NCBI GenBank assembly: GCA_016865865.1
Contig: VGOC01000002.1
Span: 22,863 to 86,862, forward strand
From: Chloroflexota bacterium
GTDB taxonomy: Bacteria; Chloroflexota; Anaerolineae; Anaerolineales; UBA11858
Length of the DNA: 64,000 bases
Direction of reading: 5' to 3'
A program made the position numbers and the translations under genes. This document shows, piece after piece, positions 37,226 through 45,965 of this stretch (the first letter of the stretch is position 1; every line of letters begins with the position of its first letter). Below the pieces are notes generated by a model. It was not told where the DNA came from, ran no database searches, and saw only the letters and a list, made by a program, of their open reading frames with translations.

Positions 37226-38038
37226 CTATTTTGGTGACCTGTCAATCGGACGCAGATGGATTTCTCCGACCTGGAGGGATTTCGATTCCCCGGAGCGTAG
37301 CTCCACCCGGAGGGAGCCATCTCCGTTCAGGTTGACAATTCGACCCTCGAGACTCTCTGTCTTCGAGGCAACCACCTGCACCCAATCCCCACGGAAGGCC
37401 AGTCTTTCGCTCCAGGCTCGAATGAATTCAGGCGACGAGAGGCGCGGCAGCCAATCGAGCAATTCAGCCAGAACGACCCGCAATAACGCCAGGCGAGCAA
37501 CTGGCTCACCTGCAGCAGCCTCGACGCAGGTGGCCGGGAATGGCCGGTCGTGATAGCCCACCCAATCATCTTGGGGTATCGAGTTGGGTGCAACATTGAT
37601 GCCAATCCCCAGGATCACCGCTGACAATCGATTCCCTACCCAGGAGGCTTCCGCTAAAACCCCGGCGACCTTCCGCCCTCGCACGAGAACATCATTAGGC
37701 CATTTGATCTCTGCCGGCAGCCGATAAGATTGCTGGAGAGCACCGCAGACGCCCAAAGCGCCCAGGCCAGCGACACGCGTGATCTGACCGCCTTCTTCGG
37801 GAAGGGCCGGGCGCAAGATCAGACTCATCGCCAGCGCCGAACCCGGCGGGGTAAACCAGTGACGAGCGCCGCGACCCCGTCCTGCGGTCTGCTCATCGGC
37901 GACCACCAAAGAGCGATCTGGCGCGCCCTCGCCGGCCCATCGTGCGGCGTAATCATTGGTCGAGCCAATCGCGTCGAAGTAGCGGATTTCGCCGAGGGAG
38001 AGATCAGAAAGCGCGGTTTCGAGGGTAGTCTGGTTCAT
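37226..38038 (-). CDS. birA: biotin--[acetyl-CoA-carboxylase] ligase (no HTH domain)
   Basis: The GRGRGARHW (GRGRxGRxW) biotin-ligase motif and KWPNDV are present. I prefer the ATG at 38038 over the listed TTG at 38053. Confidence 0.88.
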   Translation of the reverse strand: MNQTTLETALSDLSLGEIRYFDAIGSTNDYAARWAGEGAPDRSLVVADEQTAGRGRGARHWFTPPGSALAMSLILRPALPEEGGQITRVAGLGALGVCGALQQSYRLPAEIKWPNDVLVRGRKVAGVLAEASWVGNRLSAVILGIGINVAPNSIPQDDWVGYHDRPFPATCVEAAAGEPVARLALLRVVLAELLDWLPRLSSPEFIRAWSERLAFRGDWVQVVASKTESLEGRIVNLNGDGSLRVELRSGESKSLQVGEIHLRPIDRSPK

Positions 38039-38053
38039 GGGGTTGAGTATCAA

Positions 38054-38120
38054 GTGTTTACGCGTCAGGCGTCACGCACTGCTTTGGCGCTCAGCCTGAC
38101 ACCGGAACACCTGACACACT
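38054..38120. repeat. low-complexity 'word' repeat spacer (GTCAGG / CCTGACAC words)
   Basis: CGCGTCAGGCGTCACGC ... CAGCCTGACACCGGAACACCTGACACAC fills the moeZ-birA gap exactly. Confidence 0.5.
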
Positions 38121-39278
38121 TCAGTAAATCGGCAGGCCAGGATCAACCTCCTCGGCCCAGGCGTTGATGCCGCCTTCTAGGTTTTTGATCTTCCTGAAGC
38201 CCGCGCTGGCCAACACTTCCAAAGCGCGCACTGAACGGCTGCCCATCTTACAAAAGAGTACGATCTCCTCCGCGCTGTCCAATTCGTGCATGCGTGAGGC
38301 CAACTGGCCTAGAGGAATCAATTCGGCGCCGTCGAGTTTCGAGATCGCCAATTCATGCGGCTCGCGCACATCTATCAGCCTGAGGTGATCTCCCCGATCC
38401 AGGCGTTCCTTCAGTTCGGCGGCGGTGATATCCCACTCGTCGCCTGCTGACCCGATCCCGTGATCGGTGGCTGGCATTCCGCAGAATTCTTCATAGTCTA
38501 TCAGCCCAGCGACCTCGGGATGGTCGCTGCACACTTTACAGTTGGGGTTCTTGCGCAGCCTGACGAAGTCGAAGCTCATGTCCAGGGCGTTGTAGAGCAG
38601 CAGCTTGCCGATCAGCGGCTCGCCGATGCCCAGGATCAATTTGATGGCCTCGGAAGCCTGGATGGTGCCAACAGTTCCCGGCAGCACGCCCAGCACACCG
38701 CCCTCCGCGCAAGAGGGCACCAATCCCGGCGGGGGGGGTTCGGGAAACAGACAGCGGTAGCATGGCCCCTCTTTGGCGTAAAACACGCTGACCTGGCCAT
38801 CGAAGCGAAAGATCGAGCCGTACACATTGGGCTTGCCGGTCAACACACACAGGTCGTTGACCAGGTAACGGGTGGGGAAATTGTCTGTGCCATCAATGAT
38901 GATGTCATACGGCTCGGCAATTCGAATGGCGTTCTGCGAGGTGAAAATCTCGTTGTAGATGTCCACTTGAATGTCGGGGTTGATATCCAACATGCGCTCG
39001 CGAGCCGACTCCACTTTGAGTTTGCCCATCCTGGACTCGCCATGAATGACCTGCCGCTGCAAATTGGAAAAGTCAACCACATCGTAATCCACCAATCCGA
39101 TGCGGCCAATGCCCGCCGCGGCCAGATACAACGCCACCGGCGAGCCTAATCCGCCCGTGCCGACCACCAACACGGAGGCAGCCTTGAGTTTCTGCTGTCC
39201 CTCCAAACCGACCTCGGGAATCAGCAGATGCCGCGAATACCGAAAGATTTCATCATGTGAGAGTGTGGGGAGTGTCAT
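38121..39278 (-). CDS. moeZ: MoeB/ThiF-type adenylyltransferase with a C-terminal rhodanese domain (MoeZ-like)
   Basis: RYSRHLLIPEVG, the nucleotide loop GTGGLGS, CxxC pairs, and a rhodanese active-site loop FCKMGSRS. The start is uncertain: ATG at 39278 or GTG at 39293. Confidence 0.88.
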   Translation of the reverse strand: MTLPTLSHDEIFRYSRHLLIPEVGLEGQQKLKAASVLVVGTGGLGSPVALYLAAAGIGRIGLVDYDVVDFSNLQRQVIHGESRMGKLKVESARERMLDINPDIQVDIYNEIFTSQNAIRIAEPYDIIIDGTDNFPTRYLVNDLCVLTGKPNVYGSIFRFDGQVSVFYAKEGPCYRCLFPEPPPPGLVPSCAEGGVLGVLPGTVGTIQASEAIKLILGIGEPLIGKLLLYNALDMSFDFVRLRKNPNCKVCSDHPEVAGLIDYEEFCGMPATDHGIGSAGDEWDITAAELKERLDRGDHLRLIDVREPHELAISKLDGAELIPLGQLASRMHELDSAEEIVLFCKMGSRSVRALEVLASAGFRKIKNLEGGINAWAEEVDPGLPIY

Positions 39279-39283
39279 GGGTT

Positions 39284-39395
39284 TAAGTGTCACGTGCTAA
39301 AGTGTCATGTGTCAAGTGTTCCCGTGTCAGGTGTCGAGTGTTCCCGTGTCAAGATCGCACAGTACCTGGCACTTGACACCAGAATACTTGACACG
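39284..39395. repeat. low-complexity 'word' repeat spacer (GTGTCAAG / CTTGACAC words) forming hairpin arms
   Basis: GTGTCATGTGTCAAGTGTTCCCGTGTCAGGTGTCGAGTGTTCCCGTGTCAAG ... CACTTGACACCAGAATACTTGACACG. Confidence 0.55.
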
Positions 39396-39674
39396 CTAAT
39401 GATTACCCCCCGCGATGGATGGAATGATCCTTAACATATCATCATCCTTCAAAGGCGTTTCTATCCCTTGAAGGTGGCGGACATCTTCTTCGCCCAGGAA
39501 GAGATTGACAAAAGCTCTCAATTCGCCCGCTTCGGAGAAGAGATGCTTCTTCAATTCGGGGAATTGGGTGGTCAAATCACCCAGGGCTTCGGCAACCGTT
39601 TTGCCCTGCACACTGATTTCCGTTTGGCCGTCTGCGTAGGGACGCAAGGGGGTGGGGATTCGTAAAGTTGGCAT
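39396..39674 (-). CDS. cysO: MoaD/ThiS-family sulfur-carrier protein (CysO-like) with a C-terminal GG-NH extension
   Basis: 92 aa with beta-grasp-type sequence, ending ...IPSIAGGNH. It sits between the moeZ-like and JAMM genes. Confidence 0.8.
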   Translation of the reverse strand: MPTLRIPTPLRPYADGQTEISVQGKTVAEALGDLTTQFPELKKHLFSEAGELRAFVNLFLGEEDVRHLQGIETPLKDDDMLRIIPSIAGGNH

Positions 39675-39764
39675 AACACCTCGGTGATAAGTGAATTGCT
39701 GATTACGTTCACGTTTTACGCTTCGATAGTCTCACTCTTGAGTGTTGTCGCCTGATCGAGCACC

Positions 39765-39850
39765 GATTTGAACCGCCAAGACGCCAAGAGCGCTAAGGAA
39801 GAAGCGAACAAGCATAATCTTTGTGGCCTTTGCGTCTTAGCGGTGAAATC
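39765..39850. repeat. 'CGC-word' imperfect hairpin repeat
   Basis: GATTTGAACCGC-CAAG-ACGC-CAAG-AGCGC-TAAG ... CCTTTGCGTCTTAGCGGTGAAATC. Confidence 0.55.
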
Positions 39851-39936
39851 TGGTTGGGGCTTCTAGCCAACAACACCTGAGAGGGGGACCACGTGCGCTC
39901 CAATCAGCGCCAAAACTCGAAACGTAAAACGCAACA

Positions 39937-40362
39937 TCAGCTAACTTGAATTTCTTCTTCCTCGAACATCGAGCGATCATCGCCCAGCCGCCAGGAGCGC
40001 GACTCGACCGCCCGCCCTTCTTCCACACAGGTGATGAGGTACGAGAACCAGGGCATAGCCCACTCCATGTCGAACTCGGAGGGACGGTTGGGGTGATCGG
40101 GGTGCGAGTGGAAAACGCCGATCACGTCCACGCCCAGCTCTTCGGCTTTGCTTTCAGCGCGCAGCATATCTTGCGGGGTCAACAGGTAGCGGTTGCGGCG
40201 GGACGCGTCCTCGCGGGCGTTGGCAAAGGTCAAAATCTCAGTCGCCAGCCTCGAGGTCGCCCCCGCTCGTCCCAGCAGAAAACCGGCAACCTCCTCGGGG
40301 TAGGACTCTTCGCCGTGGGCGTGGATTTTTTCCAGCAAATATTTTGTAATTTCCAGTTTCAT
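39937..40362 (-). CDS. mec: JAMM/MPN+ metalloprotease (Mec+-like)
   Basis: The JAMM motif HSHPDHPNRPSEFD and an upstream E (EEVAGFLLG) are present. I prefer the ATG at 40362, which has an AAGGA 6 nt upstream. The listed longer ORF reads through a repeat. Confidence 0.85.
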   Translation of the reverse strand: MKLEITKYLLEKIHAHGEESYPEEVAGFLLGRAGATSRLATEILTFANAREDASRRNRYLLTPQDMLRAESKAEELGVDVIGVFHSHPDHPNRPSEFDMEWAMPWFSYLITCVEEGRAVESRSWRLGDDRSMFEEEEIQVS

Positions 40363-40423
40363 TGGCATTCCTTGACGACAGACGGCGGACCACCGACCGC
40401 GGTCCGTCGTCTGATGTCTGCGG

Positions 40424-41389
40424 TCAATATACCCAAAGCGCCTCGTCACTCAGATATTTATACCCTGCGTCGGGGAAGACGGTCACGACTGTCCCTTCGT
40501 CTAATTCGGCGGCGATTTGCAAGGCCGCTGCCGCCGCCGCGCCGGAAGAGATGCCCACGAAGTAGCCCTCCTGACGGGCTAGCCGCCGCACAATCTCGTG
40601 AGCCGCCTCGGTGGGAATTTCCACCGTGCGATCGGGGATGGCGGGGTCGTAGATGCCCGGCCGAATGGCGGTGGGCATGTGCTTTAGCCCTTCGAGGCCG
40701 TGGAAGGGGGAATCGGGCTGGACGGCGATGATCTGGACCCTGGGGTTGCGCTCCCTGAGGTAGCGAGATGCGCCGGTGAGGGTGCCGGATGTTCCCAGCC
40801 CGGCCACAAAGTGGGTGACTGCGCCCGAGGTCTGTTCTGCAATTTCGGGGCCGGTGCCGCGATAGTGCGCCTGCCAGTTAGCCGGGTTGTCATACTGGTT
40901 GGCGTAATAATACAGATCGGGCCTCTCTTGCGCCATCTGACGAGCGACGCGGATCGCGCCATCGGAGCCTTCCATCGGATCGGTGAACACCACCTCGGCG
41001 CCCAGGGCGCGCAAGATCGAGACCCGCTCTGGGCTGGCATTGTCAGGCATGGCCAAGGTGACTTTGATATCGAGCGCTGCGCCGAACGTGGCGTAGGCAA
41101 TGCCCATATTCCCGGAGGTCGAATCCAGCAGGCGCATCCCTGGCAACAAACGCCCCTCGAACAAGGCCGTGCGGATGATGTTGAAAGCCGGGCGATCCTT
41201 GACCGAGCCGCCGGGGTTGAACCACTCCGCCTTGGCATAGATTTCGACGTCTGGGGAAATATCCTGAACGACCCTGCGCAGGGGCAGCAAGGGGGTGTTG
41301 CCCACCGCCTTGATCAGGGCCATACCTTCCATGTCGAGGGGCTGCATTCCGACGGCGATATGTTGTGTTATGTCGACCAGAGAGGTCAT
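40424..41389 (-). CDS. cysM: PLP-dependent cysteine synthase (CysM-type)
   Basis: NPGGSVKDRPA (the PLP lysine), SGNMG and GTSGT motifs. The ATG at 41389 is preceded by AGGTGA. Confidence 0.9.
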   Translation of the reverse strand: MTSLVDITQHIAVGMQPLDMEGMALIKAVGNTPLLPLRRVVQDISPDVEIYAKAEWFNPGGSVKDRPAFNIIRTALFEGRLLPGMRLLDSTSGNMGIAYATFGAALDIKVTLAMPDNASPERVSILRALGAEVVFTDPMEGSDGAIRVARQMAQERPDLYYYANQYDNPANWQAHYRGTGPEIAEQTSGAVTHFVAGLGTSGTLTGASRYLRERNPRVQIIAVQPDSPFHGLEGLKHMPTAIRPGIYDPAIPDRTVEIPTEAAHEIVRRLARQEGYFVGISSGAAAAAALQIAAELDEGTVVTVFPDAGYKYLSDEALWVY

Positions 41390-41598
41390 CTGTTCACCTG
41401 AACGGAGATCAGATATCAGGTATTGGATAATCTGGTTGCGTAACCAATAACCAATCTCCAACAGTAAAATAAAAAGGGCAGGCACATTCCCGCCCCATGT
41501 TCGCTCCAATGATTTTTATGAAGAAACTGATATAAATTGTATTTGGTTTACAAGATTTGTCAAGTCTAAAACAGGCCCTAAACTAAAGGTCTTTCACG

Positions 41599-41711
41599 GT
41601 ATCATCTCGAAATGAAGGGGGAACGTCCCGAAGGTTTCCTCGAAAAACATGTTCGAACCGCTCGAACCTTCGGGACGGTATGTTGCCGTCCCCAAGTTAT
41701 TGAGTAGATAC
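41599..41711. mobile_element. GTATC..GATAC MITE-like element carrying a different internal hairpin core
   Basis: The ends GTATCATCTCGAAATGAAGGGGGA and TCCCCAAGTTATTGAGTAGATAC match the 18189 and 32328 elements. The core is GTCCCGAAGGTT..AACCTTCGGGAC. CTTTCACG is directly repeated on both sides. Confidence 0.8.
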
Positions 41712-41713
41712 TT

Positions 41714-42667
41714 TCACGGGCTTAATAACGTCTCTACGGTAGAGATATTCACAGGCCCGGGAAGTTTGCCCCCGCGTTCTGAAACGACCACCCGCACCCA
41801 GGTTGGCGCGTAGATTCGATAAGGGAGTTCGACCGCAAAAGGATGGTGCTCGCCCGTTTGTGTAGGCTCGACTCCCGCCAGGCGCGAGCTGAGCAGGCGT
41901 CCGTCGGCGGCTACCAGCTCTACCAGCAAGGGCAGCTCAGAGGCGGTGCGCGCCAGCCCCTCGACCAGAATCTTATCTCCCTGGATCAATTCATTCTCCC
42001 CTGGAGTCTGGATGACGATAGGCGCCAGGGTGTCGCTGGCCAGGCTGATGTCGGCCTCCCCGCTCGAAAGCAAGACCAACTCGATGGAGGCCAAAGCCAT
42101 GATGCGCCCATACTCATCCTGTGTCTGAATGGATAGATAGGCGGTCTCGGCAACTCCTGGGGTTTCGAAAGCGATCTCTGTCACCAGCCGTCCCTGGGGA
42201 TTCGGCGTTGTGAAATTGAAAATCTTCCGATACATCAGACGTCCATCTTCCCCCCACAATTCGACGCGGGCGCGCCCATCAGCCCCAGGGACGACATACG
42301 CCACCAGCGAAATCGGGGAGATGACTTTGGAAAGAGGGCCGGGGTTGAAGATAGAGATATCCGCGGGGGGGATTGGGTTTTCGGACGCCGGGGTTAGCTC
42401 AACCGCGTCGATTGGGGATGCCCCCTCGGAAGGAGAACCATCATCGGATTCCTCGGAAAGCAACACATCGGTAGGTTTCGTGGTTGCGGTTGGCTCAGGT
42501 GTGCTCGAGGGAGTCACCATCGCCTCCGCAGTCATCGCAATCACCGTGGGGATGTGCTCGGTGGGAATCAAAGTGGGCAGGTCCATTTCATTACTAACCC
42601 CCTCACACCCACTCAGCCACACCAACCACAACAGCGACAGCAAAACCAGGCAGCGACGATGCATCAT
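41714..42667 (-). CDS. lipoprotein, unknown function
   Basis: Signal peptide with the lipobox LSGC, followed by a Thr/Pro/Ser-rich linker. No family is recognised. Confidence 0.6.
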   Translation of the reverse strand: MMHRRCLVLLSLLWLVWLSGCEGVSNEMDLPTLIPTEHIPTVIAMTAEAMVTPSSTPEPTATTKPTDVLLSEESDDGSPSEGASPIDAVELTPASENPIPPADISIFNPGPLSKVISPISLVAYVVPGADGRARVELWGEDGRLMYRKIFNFTTPNPQGRLVTEIAFETPGVAETAYLSIQTQDEYGRIMALASIELVLLSSGEADISLASDTLAPIVIQTPGENELIQGDKILVEGLARTASELPLLVELVAADGRLLSSRLAGVEPTQTGEHHPFAVELPYRIYAPTWVRVVVSERGGKLPGPVNISTVETLLSP

Positions 42668-42671
42668 AGGA

Positions 42672-43034
42672 TTAGCCAGAGGCGTATTTCTCGATCAATT
42701 GCAAGAGGTCATCAGTGAGCAACGGTTTACTCACATATTCTTGCGCCCCCTCGGCCACAGCCCGGTCAGCAAAGACTTCGTGGCTGGCGGACACCATCAC
42801 GATGGGGATTTCCAGCGGCACATCCAAAGCGCGGATTTGCTTCAATATCTGAAATCCATCCATATCCTGCAACTGGCGGTCGACAAGGATCAAATCCACC
42901 GAGCACTCGCGGGCCAGCTTCACGGCCTTGGCGCCCGAGTCAGCCAGCACCGCTTCGTGGCCAAAATACGAGACGATCTTCTCATACGTTTCCAGGGTCA
43001 AAATATCATCGTCAACGAAAAGAATGCGCGCCAT
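42672..43034 (-). CDS. single-domain response regulator (CheY-like receiver)
   Basis: ILFVDDD...DLILVD...SKP has the receiver-domain acidic pocket and conserved Lys. Confidence 0.88.
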   Translation of the reverse strand: MARILFVDDDILTLETYEKIVSYFGHEAVLADSGAKAVKLARECSVDLILVDRQLQDMDGFQILKQIRALDVPLEIPIVMVSASHEVFADRAVAEGAQEYVSKPLLTDDLLQLIEKYASG

Positions 43035-43047
43035 TCATTTCCTCAAC

Positions 43048-43158
43048 GTAACTACCAGCCAAACGGGGAAGTTCCCGAAAAAAGGGTGTGCGAAGGGGGC
43101 GCAGCCCCCTTCGCACACCCTTTTTTCGGGCTAATCTGTTCGATGGCTGAGCAGTTAC
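43048..43158. mobile_element. 111-bp palindromic MITE-like element, copy 5 (inverted orientation)
   Basis: Perfect TCCTCAAC / TCCTCAAC flanking direct repeat. Confidence 0.85.
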
Positions 43159-43204
43159 TCCTCAACATAATTTGTCCATCGAAAAAATTACGAGTAGAGG
43201 ATAT

Positions 43205-43258
43205 GGGGCGGCATTTATGGGGGTGCGTGCTGCGTATGCACCCCCTACATGCCGCCCC
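43205..43258. repeat. GGGGCGGCA..TGCCGCCCC hairpin family, copy 3
   Basis: GGGGCGGCATTTATGGGGGTGCGTGCTGCGTATGCACCCCCTACATGCCGCCCC, located 46 bp after a MITE copy. Confidence 0.7.
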
Positions 43259-43278
43259 GCCTGCTCTTTTGTGGGGCT

Positions 43279-44781
43279 TTATAAACCGTAAATCTCGCTG
43301 TATTTTGTTCGTAAATACTTCATATAAGGGGCTGGATCGATCGCGGAACCGGTCACCTTCCGAACGAGTTCCTGGGGTTCATATTTCTTCCCGTGTACAT
43401 GAATCCTGGTTCTCAGCCACTCTCTCAGCTCCCTGAAATCGCCGCGGCGAAATTGATCCGCCAAATCGGGGATGTCGCTGTTCAATTTTTCCCACAACTG
43501 CGCGGAGATCAGGTTGCCCAGCGCATAGGTGGAGAAGTAGCCGATATAGCCGTTGGACCAATGCACATCTTGCAAGACGCCCAGGCGATCGTTCGGAGGG
43601 GTGACGCTCAGATATTCCTTCATGCGCGCGTTCCAGAACTCGGGCAAGTCTTTGACCGCCAGTGCGCCTTCCATCAAAGCGATTTCGATTTCCAATCGCA
43701 GCATGATATGCAGATTGTAGGTGGCTTCGTCAGCTTCCACACGGATCAGGGAGGGCTGGATTTTGTTGATCCCTTTGTAGAATGTTTCCAGGTCAATATT
43801 TCCTAGCTGGGTGGGGAAGAATTCCTGTAAACGCGGGTAGAAGTGCTCCCAGAAGGGCATCGAGCGCCCGACCAGGTTTTCATACGTGCGCGATTGAGAC
43901 TCATGCACAGCATAGGAGGCCCCATCCGCTAAGGGGGTGCGTTCATAGGCTGGATTGATGCCCATGCCATAGAGAGCATGACCGCATTCGTGCAACGAAC
44001 CGAAGAGCGCCGTAGGGAGATACTTGCGGTCGACGCGCGTGGTGATGCGCACATCGTTGACGCCGAATCCGGTGGTGAAGGGGTGGGGGGATTTATCTTG
44101 CCGACCGCTCTCCCAGTCGTAGCCGTATTTCGTGATTGCCTCGACGCCGAAATCCCACTGTTTCTGCTCGTCGTATTCCAGAGTCAAGAAGGAGTAATCC
44201 ACCTGAGGTCGTTCGGCGATGGCCTGAATCAGCTCTACCTGTTGGGGGCGAAGCGCTGAGAAGATGGCCTGGACTTCAGCAGTCTTCATGCCCGGTTCGA
44301 AGTAATCCAGGAGAGGATCATAGACATGCTCGTAGGGGGCGAAGTACTCCGCATACTGACGCCGCAACTCGACGATCTTCTCCAGGTCGGGCTGGAACTT
44401 CTTGAAATCTGACTCCCGGCGCGCCTTTTCCCAGGCTGAGTAAGCCAACGTCACAGCCTTATAGAATTCTGCAGTGAACTCAGGGGGCACTTTTGCTTTC
44501 TGATCGTAGAAACGCTTGCATTCTTTGATCAAGCGAGCATCGTCGGAATCGGGGTCGAGTTCGTCGGCATAATCCACCAGCTCTTCCATCAATTTGCTGT
44601 ATTCCGGGGAGATCGTCCTGGTATGCAACATACGCTGCAAGGTGGCGATCTGGTTGCCGCGCTGTTCGGCGCCCTTCGGCGGCATGTTGACCTGCTGATC
44701 CCATTCCAAAATCTGGGCTGCATTATAGATATCGAAGATTTCGGCGGTCAGCTCTCTTAACTTGTTTAGTTTATCTTTCAT
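43279..44781 (-). CDS. M32 carboxypeptidase (carboxypeptidase Taq family)
   Basis: The HECGHALY zinc motif, plus HESQS, DVHWS and GYFSTY. The ATG at 44781 is preceded by AAGGAG. The listed longer ORF starts inside a repeat. Confidence 0.9.
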   Translation of the reverse strand: MKDKLNKLRELTAEIFDIYNAAQILEWDQQVNMPPKGAEQRGNQIATLQRMLHTRTISPEYSKLMEELVDYADELDPDSDDARLIKECKRFYDQKAKVPPEFTAEFYKAVTLAYSAWEKARRESDFKKFQPDLEKIVELRRQYAEYFAPYEHVYDPLLDYFEPGMKTAEVQAIFSALRPQQVELIQAIAERPQVDYSFLTLEYDEQKQWDFGVEAITKYGYDWESGRQDKSPHPFTTGFGVNDVRITTRVDRKYLPTALFGSLHECGHALYGMGINPAYERTPLADGASYAVHESQSRTYENLVGRSMPFWEHFYPRLQEFFPTQLGNIDLETFYKGINKIQPSLIRVEADEATYNLHIMLRLEIEIALMEGALAVKDLPEFWNARMKEYLSVTPPNDRLGVLQDVHWSNGYIGYFSTYALGNLISAQLWEKLNSDIPDLADQFRRGDFRELREWLRTRIHVHGKKYEPQELVRKVTGSAIDPAPYMKYLRTKYSEIYGL

Positions 44782-44850
44782 ATATGCTCCTTGTGAGAAT
44801 GTAGCAGGCACATTAAAGAGTTCACTGAAAAAACTCCTGAATGAGGAGGT

Positions 44851-44938
44851 GGGGCGGCATATATGGGGGTGCGTGTTCGCGCGCACCCCCACGCACACCC
44901 TTTTTTCGGGCTAATCCGTTCGATGACTGAGCAGTTAC
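44851..44938. mobile_element. chimeric element: left half of the GGGGCGGCA hairpin fused to the right half of the 111-bp MITE
   Basis: GGGGCGGCATATATGGGGGTGCGTGTTCGCGCGCACCCCC is joined to ACGCACACCCTTTTTTCGGGCTAATCCGTTCGATGACTGAGCAGTTAC. There is no flanking duplication. Confidence 0.7.
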
Positions 44939-44949
44939 CTTTGCTGTTT

Positions 44950-45891
44950 CTATACTATCTTCCATCGCAGAGATTCGCCTCGCAAAGCAGCCAAAACCTC
45001 TTCGGCGACGTCCGCTGCGGCGCGCGCCTGCGCTTCCTTCGTTTGGGCTGCGATATGAGGAGTGGCAATCACATGAGGATGAGCGACTAATGCAGTCAGG
45101 CCAGGCGGTTCCTGCGCGTAAACATCCAATGCGGCGCCTGCTGCCTGGCCGGATACCAGGGCGAAATGCAGCGCAGTTTCATCAATGAGGCCGCCGCGTG
45201 CTGTGCAAATCAGGTACACGCCCCTTTTCATCTGCGCGAGAGCCTGCCCATCAATCATATTTCGCGTGCTGGGGTTCAGAGGGACATGTAATGAGATGAT
45301 ATCTGATTGGGCGTACAATTCTTCGGGGGCGGCAGGCTCGACGCCCCGTCGCCGCATCACATCGTCCGATACGTTGGGATCGTAGCCGATGACCCTCACC
45401 CCGAACGCCGCGGCGCGTTGAGCGACGGCTGCGCCGATATGACCCACGCCGATGATACCCAATACCTTGCCGCTCAGTTCGCTCCCCATCAGATGTTTTT
45501 TCAGCCAACGGCCGGATTTCATGCCCGCATCGGCCTGAGGCGCCGACCTGATCAACCCCAACATCAAAGCCAGTGTGTGCTCGGCAACCGCGATGGTGGT
45601 CGCCGAGGGGGTATTTACCACGGTCACATTGTAGGATTGGGCCGAGGCCAGATCTATATTATCCACCCCTACGCCGGCTCTACCAACGACTTTCAAGTTC
45701 GAGGCCGCAGCAAAAACATCTGCAGTGACCCTGGTACGGCTGCGCACGACGAGGGCGTCGAAATCGGAGATGATGTCCAATAAATCTTCCGCCGACACAC
45801 TGGGTTTATATTCGACTTCTGCGGCGGTTGATAAGATCCTGATGCCATTTTCAGGAATTTTATCCGAAACCAGGATTTTCCATTTGGACAT
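44950..45891 (-). CDS. D-isomer-specific 2-hydroxyacid dehydrogenase (SerA/GhrB-like, no ACT domain)
   Basis: The NAD loop GIIGVGHIGAAVA and the catalytic region ARGGLIDE...TPHIA. I use the ATG at 45891 (MSKWKILV). Confidence 0.88.
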   Translation of the reverse strand: MSKWKILVSDKIPENGIRILSTAAEVEYKPSVSAEDLLDIISDFDALVVRSRTRVTADVFAAASNLKVVGRAGVGVDNIDLASAQSYNVTVVNTPSATTIAVAEHTLALMLGLIRSAPQADAGMKSGRWLKKHLMGSELSGKVLGIIGVGHIGAAVAQRAAAFGVRVIGYDPNVSDDVMRRRGVEPAAPEELYAQSDIISLHVPLNPSTRNMIDGQALAQMKRGVYLICTARGGLIDETALHFALVSGQAAGAALDVYAQEPPGLTALVAHPHVIATPHIAAQTKEAQARAAADVAEEVLAALRGESLRWKIV

Positions 45892-45965
45892 TGATCTGCT
45901 CCGAGAGGTGGACGTGGCGCAATTGTACCCCAAAAGGCGGCAGATGGGTTTATTGTCGGACAATT

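Noticed and set aside
42210-43436. 408-aa plus-strand ORF
   Set aside because: It runs antisense across the lipoprotein gene, the receiver gene, a MITE, a hairpin repeat and the end of the carboxypeptidase gene. It cannot be a real gene.
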